From Bilabrum cf. latius (lineage: Eukaryota): a DNA stretch of 64,000 bases. Shown here in pieces: positions 12,222-25,448 of this stretch; position 1 is the stretch's first letter, and each line of letters starts with the position of its first letter. The notes below the pieces were generated by a model. That model was given only the letters and a program-made list of their open reading frames with translations, did not search any database and was not told the DNA's origin. Where the stretch lies: positions 248,001 through 312,000 of the forward strand of contig OZ237742.1 in the NCBI GenBank assembly GCA_965178125.1. Direction: 5' to 3'. A program made the position numbers and the translations under genes.

Positions 12222-14960
12222 TCAGGAAGCACCGTGCACTGCCAGCGGGCTGCTATTCCTGAAATCCTTCTGGTCGTTACGCCTACCTCGTTCCCCGGAG
12301 AATTGCCGCCTCGTCTCCCCTGCTTGCTCGCGAGGCTGGTGGTCCCCTGGCCCCGATGCAACCAGCGCAGGTCTGGACCGGAAGTAGGGCGAGGCCCCCG
12401 GAAGGGGGGTGGAGGGAGACGACGCGGACTCATGGTCCCACCCTGCATCCACCCCAGCCGCCTCTCCCGGCCCCTGCCCGCCACTGACCGTACCCGCAGG
12501 CACAGCCCGAGCCACGGCCAGCCGTCCATCCCCCTCCCCCTCCCCCTCCACCTCCCCGTCGCTCCAAGTGATTTTCCTCTCGTCCGAACCAGACCACTCG
12601 GTCGAAGGCAGATCGCCATGCGCAAACGCACCTCCAGCAGCAGACGAAGAGCCGGGGCTCCCTTCTCCTCCACGCACGCCGCCGGCAGCTCCGGCCGCTC
12701 CGGAGGCAAATGCAAGCCCTTTTCCATCACCGCGGGGAGACTTGCCCCTGCCTATACTAGCACTGTCTTGCAGCGCCGGTCTGGGCTCCCTCAGCCCTAT
12801 GGACTCCAGGCACATGTCGAAGATGGCCTGGACCGCGATCCTGGCCTCGGGCACGAAATCGAAGTTGATGAACCCGTGGGGCAGGTTCCGGTACACGCTC
12901 AGAGTCACCGGCTTGCCCAGTCGCCGGAGTCTTGTCGAGAAGTCGATGGCGTCGTCAAGAAGCGGATCCAGCCCGCCCACCACGATGTGGGTAGAGGGCA
13001 GACCCACCAGCAGTCGGTCGGGTGCCAGGCCTGGGTTCACCAGAGGCAGGTCGCAGTGCTTGCCGATGTACTCCTCGGGAACGTACGAGGCAGCTAGCTC
13101 CTTGAGCAGCCGGATGGGCACCAGCGGGTCGTTGATGTGCAGCGCGCGGCTGGGGGATGGGGTGTCGTTCAGGTTGAGAGCCGGGTACACGGGGACGAGC
13201 GCCTCTGGGCCCCGCACCCGCTCCTTGACGCATCGCAGCGCAAGGGCGACAGCCAGGTTCCCCCCCGCGCTCTCCCCGATCACCACCATGCGCCTGCTCC
13301 ACGACCTCAGCTGCCTGTAGACCCTCGCGATCTCGTCCAGCGCCACGGGGAACCTGACCTCTGGCGACAGGCTGTAGTGCACGTACACGATGGTCAGCCT
13401 GGGCTCCTGCTTGGCCCACTGCGCCAGCATGCCAGCGTCGAGCCCGAACGAGGTGCCCACGAAGCCACCCCCGTGAATGTACAGCATCACAGAGTCCAGT
13501 GGCGGGCTGGAGCCCGGCCCACTGCTAGCCTCCTGCGGTGCAGACGACGCCGCAGCACCCGCCGCACGGGGCTCCCGACTGCCGATGGAAGATGACGATG
13601 ACGACGACAAGGAGTCCCCGGACCCGGACCCGGCCCCCATGGCACCAGGGAAAGCCCCCGAGCCCTACGACTTGCCCGCAGCCGCGCCAGCGGTAGCAGC
13701 AGCCAGCAAAGACCCGACGCTGCTGCTCGCCCCCATGCGAACTGTCTCCGGCCCAGACCTGTCGAACACGTAGTCGGGCACCACCCGGTCCGCAAACGCG
13801 TGGCACTGCACGCCCCTCACCTCCACCGCGCGGTTGGTCGCCAGGGCAGGAGACCGCAGCCAGCTCAGCTGCCTGGCCGCTGGCGAGTTCAGCTGCATCC
13901 AGACGGACTTGACGAACTCGATGTCGATCTGCTCGTGCATGACATGCTGCGCGTGCTCGGCAGCTTGCCCGGGAAACAAGAGGTAGTATCCCGCCGCGGC
14001 CACCGTGGCGGGCCACCTGAGCCAGGCCCTCCCCCTCTTGAGCTGGTCCCAGCCCACCTTCATGGATGCGTAGCTGAGGTCCAGACCCACCTTGAGAGCG
14101 CCTAGGTGGGCCGTCTTGAAGCTCCAGATGGCGGCGTCCCGCGGCAGGGACGCTTCCTCCAGGAGCTTGCGGGCGGGCACCGCGCTGGCCGTCTCTTGCT
14201 CAGTGGCATCCAGGTCTGCGATGAGAACCGCGTAGGAAGACTGCCTGGCGACGTTGGTCTTTTTGAATACGTGCCGCGTGACCAGCCATATCCTAAGCAG
14301 GATCAGGAGGATGCGGTGCAGTCGCTTGAGCCGAGCAATCAGGTGGTGGCGGCGCATGAACAACCGGTACACGAGAATGCCTGCCACCACCACCACCCCC
14401 GTCTAGCTGAGCGCGTGCAGCCTGCCCCTCCTCCGCTTGGCTGCCAGCCACAGGCGCAGTGCGAGGGCAAGCACCACCACGCCGCCCACCGGCCACAGCG
14501 TGCGGATGAACCGCCTCCAGGACGAATCCTTCTCGATCGCCTGCAGGGTCTCATCAGTGGTCTTGAGCACGTAAGAGAAGTGATACAGGAGCGACGTCAA
14601 GCCGCCCGGGGGCATTCGCTGAAGCGCGATGTGAGCAGGAATACGACGAATCCGGTCCATCGCGTACTCGAGCGAAGCCGTGCGGTCAAGGGGCTGCAGC
14701 TTGGCTTCTTCCAGGATACTGTCGACATGGGCATAGAATACCTGGTCAAGCGCGGAGAGAGAGAGCGTGATATCTCTTAGCTGCTCCTTGAGGTCCGGAT
14801 CAGCCGCCACCGCCGGCTGCTTGAATAGCCGTTGCACGTTCTGAACCACTGTGAGAGCCTAACTGGCCGCCGCAAACAAATGCCTGAAGGCCTGAAACGA
14901 GTCGGACTCCTTCTAGTCATGCTGGGACCGGTCCCTCGGACCTTGCTGCACCAGCGACAT
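12222..14960 (-). CDS. Hormone-sensitive-lipase-family alpha/beta hydrolase with an N-terminal membrane-anchored extension (~912 aa); 4 in-frame TAG
   Basis: Motifs HGGGF, YSLSPE, GESAGG, DPLLDD, HGF. Upstream same-frame ORFs with hydrophobic helices are joined by TAG. Ends TGA. Confidence 0.85.
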
Positions 14961-15221
14961 GGAAAACACGCCACACGGCACAACTTTGTTCCAAGGTGTA
15001 CGACGTGCCGATACCGACAGACACGAGCGCCAGAAAGCTACCACCAAATGAAATTAGTCGGACTTTTTGTGCGGTCTATGCACAGTAAGCAAAAAGCACA
15101 ACGAAACCCGTTCAAGAGTGCGCAGTTGCCGTTCGGGCCGGTTTTTAAAACTATTCGCAACAAAATCTGGATTCAGTGGGTTGTGACTTTCGCAGCAAAA
15201 AGAAGTGGCAAGCACGCAAGC

Positions 15222-16343
15222 ATGGCATGTGCTGCGACCGATATGTGGTCCAATGCTTTGGTTAAATATGCAGGAATATCACCAGGGCTGCCTGACTCTG
15301 GATTTTTCATCACAAATAATGAGATCAAGGCATTCTTTATCATTGTAGTCGTCCAGGTGTTCGCATGGTACGCAGTAGCCGCCATCATGGCGAACGACAT
15401 GTGTTGTCTCCATAGGAACAAGCGATTTGCCTTGTCCTTTATCACGAGCCTTGTAAATGGGATCGTTGCCGTAGCTGTGGGTCTGCTCACGGTTGGTTGT
15501 TCGCTGGAAGGCCAGTGGATGCCAGAGAATGCAAGCGGGATCGAAGCATTGAGCAGGGCGTACTTTGAGAATTTTTTGCTCTCTAGCAGTGCGCTGTCGA
15601 GGTTTATTTCTCTGTGGTTCTTGAGCCACTGCCTCGTGGACATTGCTTTGGCATTGGCCCACTACAGGGAAGAAATGAAGATGGATACAGGCTGGGTGCA
15701 CCACGTCTTTTACACCTGTCTGATGGTGTACGTCCTGAGCACAGATATGGGAACTGGATTCGCGCTGCACCTAGCCAGCGAAACGCCGACGCTGCTTCTC
15801 GCCATTGGGGCTGTGCACGAGCCGTGGGCGATGCAGGACCTCTTTGGACTCACCTTCCTGCTCTTCCGGTGCATCATGCACACCGTCCCGACGATCTTAT
15901 ACGCGGTCTACATGCCGATGTACCCACCTCCGTACCTGCTGCAGCTCGCAACGCTGTACTTTCACGTCAAGTTTACGTGGCACTGGGTGGCCCACCGGTT
16001 CGGGTACCGCAGCGACCCTGCCTACGTGTTCCCTGAACCTGACGAGCGCTGGCACCGACTGAGAGCAGAGGGGAAGGTGCCTCCGCTGGAGGGCGAGGAG
16101 GATCGTCCATCTCAGGCCCGCCCGGGGGTCGGGGAGGAGCAGGATGCCACGAGCGGGGGAGCACACGACGATGCGGGCGGGAACAGGACCGGCTCCAAGT
16201 CGCAGGGAACAAGACAGGCGGTTGCACTGAGCTCATTCGGCAGTAGCACTGCCAGCGAAGCAAGGTCCAAGCAAGCCGCCGAAAGGTCGGGCAGCCGGGC
16301 CAGGCCAGGTCTGCGAGCCAGAGGCACGGCGAAGAGGCAGTGA
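15222..16343 (+). CDS. TLC (TRAM/LAG1/CLN8) domain membrane protein
   Basis: Multiple TM segments and motifs GWVHH, ETPTLLL, FLLFR. Start inferred at ATG 15222. Ends TGA. Confidence 0.75.
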   Translation: MACAATDMWSNALVKYAGISPGLPDSGFFITNNEIKAFFIIVVVQVFAWYAVAAIMANDMCCLHRNKRFALSFITSLVNGIVAVAVGLLTVGCSLEGQWMPENASGIEALSRAYFENFLLSSSALSRFISLWFLSHCLVDIALALAHYREEMKMDTGWVHHVFYTCLMVYVLSTDMGTGFALHLASETPTLLLAIGAVHEPWAMQDLFGLTFLLFRCIMHTVPTILYAVYMPMYPPPYLLQLATLYFHVKFTWHWVAHRFGYRSDPAYVFPEPDERWHRLRAEGKVPPLEGEEDRPSQARPGVGEEQDATSGGAHDDAGGNRTGSKSQGTRQAVALSSFGSSTASEARSKQAAERSGSRARPGLRARGTAKRQ

Positions 16344-16424
16344 GGCCCAGGGCCCAGGCCCTGTCTCAGGCTGGGCCAAGCTCAGGTCCAGGCTCAGCCC
16401 ACGGCAATGCAGGGCAGCGCAAAC

Positions 16425-18677
16425 TCACTGTCTCCCAAAGAGGATGCGCGTGTTGCCGTACATGCTCACGGCCGGGTTGTACCCCGTCACGGTCCGCATC
16501 TTGTCAAGGTCACTGTGCGTGTCCAGAAAGTCCCTCGTCCGCGCCACCTGAGCGACTGGTCGGGCAACAGCGGGGTTGGGGTTCTCTAGGGTATCTGTGC
16601 ATGTGCCTGTGCTGTCCCCGGTGGCAGTGCTTCCGGCACTGCTGCTCATGGAGCTAGCACGGTCTCTCGTCTCCAGTGCGGCACCGCACCACGCCTCTGC
16701 GAGTAGAGCGAAATCCGATGCGAAGAAGATGTCGGCGCAGCCGAAGGGGCGGGCCCTCAGGTAGTCCTCGTGGTCCACGTTGGACCCGGTCTCCGGGCGG
16801 ATGGATGACACGATGGGGGGGTTCCGTGCGGGGATGTACTCATCCTCAGGAGCAGCACCAGCCCCCTCCTCCTCGGTGGCGGTGGGATCGTCGCCTCCAT
16901 CACCCCTGGCCCACGAGTCGGTACCCCCCTTGAAGTTAGTCGGCGTGGGAGCGGGCAGCGCGTTGAAATCCGCGGCGATGAGGCAGTGCCCCGGGAGCGC
17001 CCTGTGCAGCGAGTCGAAGAGTCGGAGGGCGCCCGTTGGCACGAACACCGCATTTGGGCCCTCTCCTCTGGCAGCCTGCCCAGCCTCTGTCCTGAGGCAC
17101 AGTGGCTCCAGCTCAGAGGCGGTCAGGGCCCCCATCTCGCCCCCGAACTCCACCAGCTGCATGCGCTGGGCCCCCATGCGCGAGGCCCTGGTCCATGCCG
17201 GCCCGTCCTCGCGCTCTCCTCCCACGGAGGACCCGCTGGAAGGCAGTCGGGTCCTCCGCAGGACACCCCCAGGCCCCTCTGTGACCAGCACGACGTCCTT
17301 CCCCGTCCTGCCTGGGAGCTGCCTCTCCTCCTCCGTGTACAGCAGCGAGGCGAGGCCCCGCTGTACGCCCTCCACAGCGTCAGAGAGAGCCGCGGCGAAG
17401 GGCTTGCTCTCCTGCTCGGCCCCCTTCTGCTGTCCACCGGACGCGGCGGCGGCTGTGGTGCCCTCAGACCATGCGTGCTCCGGTGGAGGGCTGCTGGTGG
17501 CCAGGCGCACTGCCCGCGCGACGTACTGGTCCTGCACCGGCCGCGTGAGTTCGATCCACCCTCGGGTTCCTGTGATTTGGAGGGGTGCTTGTGCCCACCC
17601 GGGGCTGGTGCTGGAGTACGGGTCGGGGGGTTGCTGGGCCGTGGATAGAGGGGGCGCTGAGGCTGATGCTGATGCTGGCGCTGATGCTGGCGCTGATGCT
17701 GATGCTGGGGCTGATGCTGATGCTGATGCTGAGGATGCCTCGGCCGGGGTGCAGTTTTCTCTGCCAGTGCTGCCGCCAAGAGAATTATTGGTGCTTGTAT
17801 CTCCAGTCAGTGCATGCGACTATGCCGCGCCCTATGCTACTCTGCCTCCGCCCTCGCTGGCATGTCTGCCCGCCGATGCACTATTCACGGGATCTTGCTC
17901 GGCTCGAGGAGACACCACAGCCTCGTGCCAGGGAGCTGCCATCTCCGCGGATGAGTTTTCGGTGCCGACATTATCCTTTCCAATAGGCAGGTTCACTGCT
18001 TTATCGTGCGGCAAGTTGTCCAGCACCTCCAGGGCCACGACAAAGCAGGTGCCCGGGGTCTTTGACCCCACCCCTGCAGCTTCCAGGTCACACGCATCCC
18101 CCACCACGACTCGAGATACGCCACCATGGCCAGCGCCAGCGAGCCTCGCTCTCTATTTTTCCGCGAGCAACTCCGATATTTCTACTATGGTCAGCTGTGT
18201 TCGCTTGTATAGGTCGCCGTGAGCGTCTCGTAGGTAGTTGAGCATGAGGACGGCGTTGGTCCCCGAGCCTGCACCGATTTCGATAATACGAAGCAGTTCT
18301 GGACTGGCTGAAAGCACCTACTGCGCACCTGCACCCTTCCGGTGGCTTCGTCGCTTCTTGCCGCTTCGTTTTTTGCCTAGTTGCCGCAGTTGCCCGGGGA
18401 CCTTCTTCTGCCTTGCTCTGAATTGCTTGACGATGTAGCTAGCGACAGCCTGGCTAAAGTAGGGTGCAAACACCTCAGCCGGCGTAAGCCAAGCCTCTGC
18501 GTTGCCTTCGACCGAGCGCATTGATTTTGCTAGCTTGGCTTCCACCTCGGGACGCCCCAGCAGGCTGCGAAAGTTAAGCGGTGACATTAGCGTCCCAACC
18601 ACGTTCCTCGCGGCAAAATATCCTACTTTGGCATCGTACAAGGCCCTGTGGATGAAATCGCGGACAAGGACTCGCAT
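16425..18677 (-). CDS. NDUFAF7/MidA-family SAM-dependent methyltransferase (~750 aa); TAG at 18318, 18153, 17832, 17820
   Basis: Motifs VRDFIHRALYD..GYF, WLTPAEVFAPYF, IIEIGAGSGT, VEISELLAEK*, ALEVLDNLPHD, ADF, ADIFF..DF. Ends TGA. Confidence 0.85.
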
Positions 18678-18781
18678 GGTTTGTGCTGGATGCTTGCTGC
18701 AGCTTCCTCGGCTCCGATCGATTCTACTCTTCAGCGATTTCACGCTATTCCAGCGCTTCGAGCCACTCAATCGACGGCAAA

Positions 18782-20374
18782 ATGGCAGGAAGAAAACGCG
18801 GTAGAGATGAAGGGGGCGTTGTTGGCGAGGAGACAGGTTCCAAGCGCGCAAGGCTTGGACAGGAGCTGATAGTTGTGAGGACTGGTTGAATGAGGGTGCT
18901 TGTGCGTCTCCACGTGCCACCGATAGAATTCTGTCTTGCTCTTACGTATTTCTCGTTACACGCAGCGGGATGATGGATCATCTTCTGCCCTCGTTGTGAG
19001 CGGAGTGGTTAGCAGAAGCAGTTTGCCGTCGCCCACTATGGAGCTGGCAGGCCATAGTGATCCAGTGTATTGCATGGGATTCGATCCTAGCGGGAAAATA
19101 CTAGCATCCGGCTCGAAGGACAAGCGAATATGTGAGTGGGGGCGGCGTTTGGGAGCCGAACCAACGACCAGCCGCGCTTCTTGAACCGCACAACAGCCTA
19201 CCCTTTTGCCCAAATACGGTTGCTCGCAGTTCTCTGGGAAACGCAAGACAAGTGTTCCAACTTTGCAATGCTCCAAGGCCACAAAGGATCTGTGCTAGAG
19301 CTGGCGTGGGCCACGGATGGTGCCGCTATATACTCGGCCTCAGCAGACAAGACAGCCGCCGTGTGGGACACCGAGAGGCGGCAGAAGCGAAGGGCACTCA
19401 AGGATCACGACGACTTTGTGTACTCTATCGCATGTGCCAGACGCGGCCCCGAGCTAGTCGTCACTGGCTGCGAGGATGGCGAGGCAAGGCTGTGGGATGT
19501 CAGGGACGGCAGCAAGCGGCCTGCCATGAGCGTGCAGCACTCCATGCCATGCCTCGCCGTGGAGTTCTCCGACGACGCGAGCGCTTTCTACACGGGTTGT
19601 TTAGACGAGGCTGTCCGCCAGTGGGACATCCGCCAGCCCAAGGGCCCCGGGGGCAGCGCATCATCCTCCTCTTCCTCGGCAGCAGGCGAGCCGGCACCGT
19701 CGCTCGAGCTGCACGGCCACGCTGGCATGGTCACGTGCCTGAGGCTATCGCCCGACGGGAAATCGCTCCTGTCCAACTCGGCGGATGGAACCCTTCGCTC
19801 CTGGGACGTTCGCCCCTTCGCTGTGCTCGGCAGGCGGTGCCAGCGCCAGTTCGCCGGTGCTAGCCACGGCCGGGGCATGCAGCTGCTGGGCTGCGCCTGG
19901 TCCCCCGACGGACTGACCGTGTCGAGCGGCAGCACCGACGGAACTTGCTTGCTGTGGGACTATGAGTCCGAGCAGTCCCTGTCTGCCGCGGCGACTTCCA
20001 CCGCTGCGCTGATCGCCGTGGTCAAGGCGGGCCAGGGGGTCGGGGGCGGTGCTTCGGCCGGCGCCGGCTCGGGACAGGGGACTGTCCCGGTCGCAGACGC
20101 GGGGATGGTCGCTGCCCAGGTAGAGGGCTCGCTGCACGGTGCCTCGCCCTCCATGCGCCTGCCCGGGCACCGCGGGGCCGTGTACAGGTGCGAGTTCTCG
20201 CCCTCGGAGCCGGTGGTGGCCACCTGCAGCGAGGACGGGCGCGTCCTGCTGGGGGAGCTGCCGGACCTCAGGGCGGGGGCGGCTGCTGCCGCAGGGAATG
20301 AGGAGAGCCGGCATGATCCAGAGGACGGGATCGTGGCGACGTCGGCGTCATCGGGGGCCGGCACAGGGAGTTGA
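18782..20374 (+). CDS. SNRNP40: WD40 protein, U5 snRNP 40 kDa-like; exons 18782-18874, 18966-19131, 19230-20374
   Basis: Motifs RSSLPSPTMELAGH, LQGHKGSVLEL.W, SASADKT, LSNSADGTLRSWDVRPF, LPGH.G. Two GT..GCAG introns restore the frame. Ends TGA. Confidence 0.85.
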
Positions 20375-20501
20375 TGAGTGAATGAATGCAACAAGGAGTG
20401 ACATTTCTTTGCGCAGACTTATTTGCATGCGGTGCGCAAGCAGCATGTCAGACAGCAACGACGCACCGGAGCACCATGCCCGCTCAGACAGGAACAGAGC
20501 G

Positions 20502-22487
20502 TCACCTCGCCCAGATCACGAGTGCCCGGATGGGTGCCACCCACTCGCCGGGGTCGACTGGCACAGCCAGCTCAAGGGCGCGCTGTGCCACGTCGCGCTG
20601 GAATTCGACGGCAAGGGCCTCTTGGTCGAGGACGGGCTCGGTGGGAGTCGTGCCCTGGCTCTTGCAAACAGCCCCGCGGTCGGGAAGACCCTGTTGGCTA
20701 CCGTCAAGTGCGGCGGGCCCGTCTGGAGGTTCTGGACCACCGAACTGCACCACGGGCGCCCCTGCTTGGCGCTGGCTCCAGGAAGGCAGCGGGGCTCCCA
20801 GCCAGTCAGGGGGGGAGGCGTCCTCGAATCGCAGGCCAGCATCGAGGAGGGCGTCGAGGAACACCTCCTGCGTGGATGGATTGCGGCACGCGTTCACAAC
20901 GAGGCCCACCCGACGACCGGACGAAATGGCTCCTGCTGCGCTGCTAGCAGTCGCCTCCGCCCCCCCCTCATTGTTGCCTGCCTCCTCGTCAGCTGCAGGC
21001 ATGGGTGCCATGCCTCGCTACTCAGTCTCGTCAGTTGGAGGCATGGGTGCCATGCCTCGCTACTCAGTCTCGTCAGTTGGAGGCATGGGTGCCATGCCTC
21101 GCTACTCAGTCTCGTCCCCCCCATTCTCTCCTTTCAGGGGCCCCTCGTCCAGTTCACCTCCCAGCGCGAATCCTAGCACCGAGGCAAGCATGCGGGCGGC
21201 GTCCTTGTCGTACACGACATCAGCCCCGAGCACGACACCTGCCCGCTGCAACAGCCGGGCGCACTGCAAGGAGGCCTCCTCCTCCTCGCTCAGTGGGTGT
21301 GCGCCCGAGCCACTCACAGCGCTGCAGGCGCGCAGCTGCCTCTGCAATGCGCCACTGGCAATGTCAGCCCAGTCTAGAGGGGCCACAGATACGCGCATGG
21401 GAGAATGCTTGGTCGGGGAAAGTGAGTCGGATGGGGCAATCTCATCCGCTGGGGCCGAGTCCGCCGCAAAGCACTCCTCGATAGGAACCAGATCGACGAG
21501 TCCAGCTGCGGCCGCACCATCCCCGCCACTGCCACCACTTGCAACCGTGCTTCCAGAGGTATCTGGCCTGTCGCGCTCGCAGCTATCATTGTCGCCCTCT
21601 GTCGGGCTCGTGCACGCAACTGCCTCAACTGCCTCACACGCCGGCGCCAGCTTCAGCTTCAGGGTGGTCTCGGCGGAACCAGCCGAAGCACCGGTCTTTT
21701 CGATTCCTCGGACCCGGTTCAGCGCGGCGTTTCGAGCGAGCACACCGGAGGCAACCCTGTGTAGCTCGGTGCACACTAGGCTGCGCGGCCTGCGGTCCGT
21801 CGGCAGCGTCGCCAGCAGCATGGCAGCAGCGCCCGTCCCGCTCCCCAGCTCCAGGACGTCTTTGCCTCCCAGCAGGCGAGCGAGGTCGGTGAGGTCGTAT
21901 GACGGCCCCACTGGATCGGCCATGGCACTGGTGGCGGGTGCCTGTGCCGGTGCAGGTGCAGGGGAAGCGAGCAAGTCAAGCAGCAGGTGGGTGGCTGGCC
22001 AGCACCTCTGCCCGATGTCACTAAACGCGTGCGATGAAGCGACTCGGGCGCACGAGCACAAGATTTCATTTAGATCGTCAGTGGGAATTCGGGCTGGGTC
22101 GCCGGAGATCGCTTTAGGGGGCCGCAGGACCCCGAACAGGCGTATCCCGACTCTGTCCACCGCTTCCGCAACGCCCGTCCGCATGCATGGGGAATCCCCA
22201 CTGAGCGGCAGAAGAGCTGCAAGAGAGTCAGCAAGAGTATCGTCCATGCCAGCCTCGCACTCTTGCATCAGTTTTCGCAGCAGGTTGGCAGAATATGCAT
22301 GAGGGGGCTGCCATTCTGAGCAGCCACCGAATGCTTGTAGTACCAGGCCAAGAGGTTCTTGGGCCTCTATACTTGGCCAATCTGGAACGTATTCCCTAAT
22401 AATTTGCACACACAGACTGGGAGGCCACTACTGCGCGATACAGTGCACCACCAGTTGATGTACTGTGATTCCACTCTGGGTTGCCAT
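20502..22487 (-). CDS. Methyltransf_16-family lysine methyltransferase (EEF2KMT/FAM86-like, ~661 aa); 4 in-frame TAG
   Basis: Motifs GQRCWPATHLL, VLELGSGTG, LDW, GADVVYD, RNPST. Ends TGA. Confidence 0.75.
20998..21116. repeat. 42-bp coding tandem repeat, about 3 copies (ETE*RGMAPMPPTD on the minus strand)
   Basis: Unit ggcatgggtgccatgcctcgctactcagtctcgtcagttgga at 20998, 21040 and 21082 (last copy partial). Confidence 0.95.
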
Positions 22488-22695
22488 CCAATATGTCACA
22501 GCATCATGAATATGCAGCAAGCAAATACAGTTACGGCGTCTCAAAAGAGACCACCGCTCTTGAATTCTGCGTCCTAATTAACGATACGTCCTTTAGGTAG
22601 GGCACATGCCAGAAATACGCGTGTGCTCTGCCTTGGTCTCCGGCACTCGTCACCGCAGGGGGAAATCAACCGCCGCAAACGACGCAATACATTTA

Positions 22696-25395
22696 ATGGA
22701 AGGTGTAGTTTCAATATCATCAGAGTCTGATTCTGATGACATGGAGACTAGCCACCGCAAGCGCCGCCTGAATAAGAAGGGCAGACAGACCAGGCGAGAA
22801 CCCAGAGTGAGCGAGGATAGTTTTATTGCAAGCGAAGATGAGGAGAGCGACAGTGACGATTCGGCGACCAATGAAGCCATGCGAATGCTGGGTTTGGACA
22901 CTTCGGTAGGCTCGCAAGATCGTCCCACCGTGGATGATGGAATGGAAGAAGCTCTTGGCCTGCTCACCGACGAGGTTGAGAACTAGACTGCCGGTGCCCT
23001 CGGGAGATCCGGAGAAATGAGCATTCGAAGTCCTGCACGGCGCCAGCCGGTGCCTTCCGGTACCTCTGAGCGGGTGCTGTCATCTTAGCCAGCGACCTCA
23101 TAGCAGCGCGTGCTTTCTACAAACCCTGTGACGGATCCGGCAGGAGTTCTCCCTTCTGGCCTACCAAGAAGCACGAGGCTGTTTGGACCGATGGGCATCA
23201 GCCCCTCTCCTTTCTACGCTGCGATTCTGCGCCTGCCCCCAGAGTCTTTGGTGGATCGAGCCGCGTGGGGAAGGCTGGGCGGATCGCTGGCGTCGCACGA
23301 CCGAGCACTTGCTTCTGGGCGAGCACTGGGCTGGCCGGTCGCCTGGGCCCTCGGGGACGCGGACTGCATCTCCACAGACCTAGTGAAATCCTACCACGGC
23401 TAGCGCGACACACCCATGCACGCCCCCGTGCTAGCCGATTGGGCCGCTTACAGGGGCACTGCGGAGAGCCTGCTGGTAGAGGAGACGAGGGCGGAGCTGC
23501 AGCAGTGGGCGGAGGAGGCGGGGCTCAGGGGGCCGCCCCAGCAGGGGGCGGCGTCGCAAGGGGGGCTGCGGGAAGTTGCTCTGCCCTGTAGTCCGTGCAT
23601 TGCATTGCGGTGCGACCGCATGGTGGAGGACCTGGGGGCAACTGGGAGCACGGGGGGGGGAACTCGACACTCGGCTGCCGGTGCGAGTGTGGGAGCTCGG
23701 TCCGCCCCCCATTCGATTCCCGTAGCCAGTTCGGGGCCTGTCCTTATTGAGATGTGCACGCTTGAGCTGCAGGTCCCCATTGGGTCTGGCCAGGCTCCAT
23801 CGAGGTCTCGAGCGGGCGCGCCGAGCGGTGGCAGTGGAAGGGGAAGGGGAAGGAGCGGCGCAGGTGGTGCAGGCGGGTCTCGCTGGTAGGATTCCTTCTC
23901 TTAGGGCACTGCGGTGCTGGTGGGCCGCGCGGTGCAAGAGGCTGCGGGGGGCGGCGTGGGCGGGGGCGGGCAGGCACCGGCACAGGTGGCTCTGTCTTCG
24001 GTGGGCTCCTGCATCGGAGTGGTGGTCTCTTCCAGGGAACAACGCAACCGAGGTGGGGGCCGAGGTCGGGGCAGAGGCAGGGGCCGCGATCGCGGCCGGA
24101 TTAGTGGGATGGGACAGGGACAGGGACAGGGACAGGGATGGGGCTCCGAAGACTGCTGGGTAGTGACCGTGCTGGTGCGGAAGGTCGTGGAGTCGCCGTT
24201 CGTTGCGGCGTTGGCGGGCGTGCTTGCACACGGCAGGAGTCACGTGGCCGGGGGTGGGGCGCAGCTGGGCCGGCAGACCAAGCTCGGCATCGCAGTGCTG
24301 GGCAGCGTCACAACCGCCGCCCGGCAGTGGGCTGCACTCCAGCTGCTGCCACGCGTTGCCTTCTCGGGAACGCTGCTAGACGGGGCTAGGCAGATGATGC
24401 GAGCGAATGGCAACTGGGGATTCTGCCCTGAGGCACCCGCAGCCCATGGCAAGGGCACGAGTGCAATGATACCGTCCGGGCTGGAGGGCCGTGACGTTCT
24501 CGCAGCCACCCGGCTGCAGGCACCCCACCGCAAGGCACTCGAGTCGTCGCTCAACTCGGAGCAGCTGCTGGCAGTGGCTGCTGCCATCCGGCCCACGGAG
24601 AGCGCGTTGGACGGGGCGCGCATGAACGTATGCATGGGCCCTCCGGGCACCGGCAAGACAGCCACCATCGTGGCCATGGTCGGGGCTTTCCTCGCGGGCG
24701 CGGCTGGTATCGTGCCCGGCCGAGCCCTGGCGCGACGCACGAGCACCAAGATGATTGGAGCACCAGCGGCGCGATACTAGAGCTCGTCCACCGCGCATGT
24801 GCCACAGAGGACGCACGTGGCTTCAAGAGGAACAAGCGGCGCCAGCAGTGGACCGACCGTCGGCGGCCGCCTCTCCATCGGAAAGCGGTCCAGGGCGGAA
24901 TCAGACGAGGGAGTCGAGGGAATCGACGCGGATGGGGGCACCGATCTCGAGATCGCGAGAGCCAGCAAGAGGATTCGGGTGGGAGATGCCTAGGCGGGGT
25001 AGGCACGGGCCATCGGAACAGGCAGGGCTGCAAGCGCCGTGCTGCCGCACGAGCCGGCGTCCGCAGTGGCGGGGGTGGCTATTGACCCGCAGCAACAAGG
25101 AGAGGATCGCCCGAGTTCTGCACCCGCAGACTCGCCCAGGCGTCGCATCGCTCGGCTGGGAGCCATCGTTGAGCTGGACGATTCGGACGAGGGTATTGCA
25201 GTGGAGCAGCAGCGGGACGCTGATGGTAGCGATGCATGTGACGGGACTCGTGGTTCTGGCGGTGATGGCGATGATGATGATAGCGAGAATGGTGATGGCG
25301 ATGAGGTTGTACTGCTGGACGCATCGCAAGGAAGCGCCGCGCCAGAGTGGCTCCAGCGGGCCGTAGGAGATCTCGTCATCGACCTTGACTCGGAT

Positions 25396-25448
<53 letters not shown>

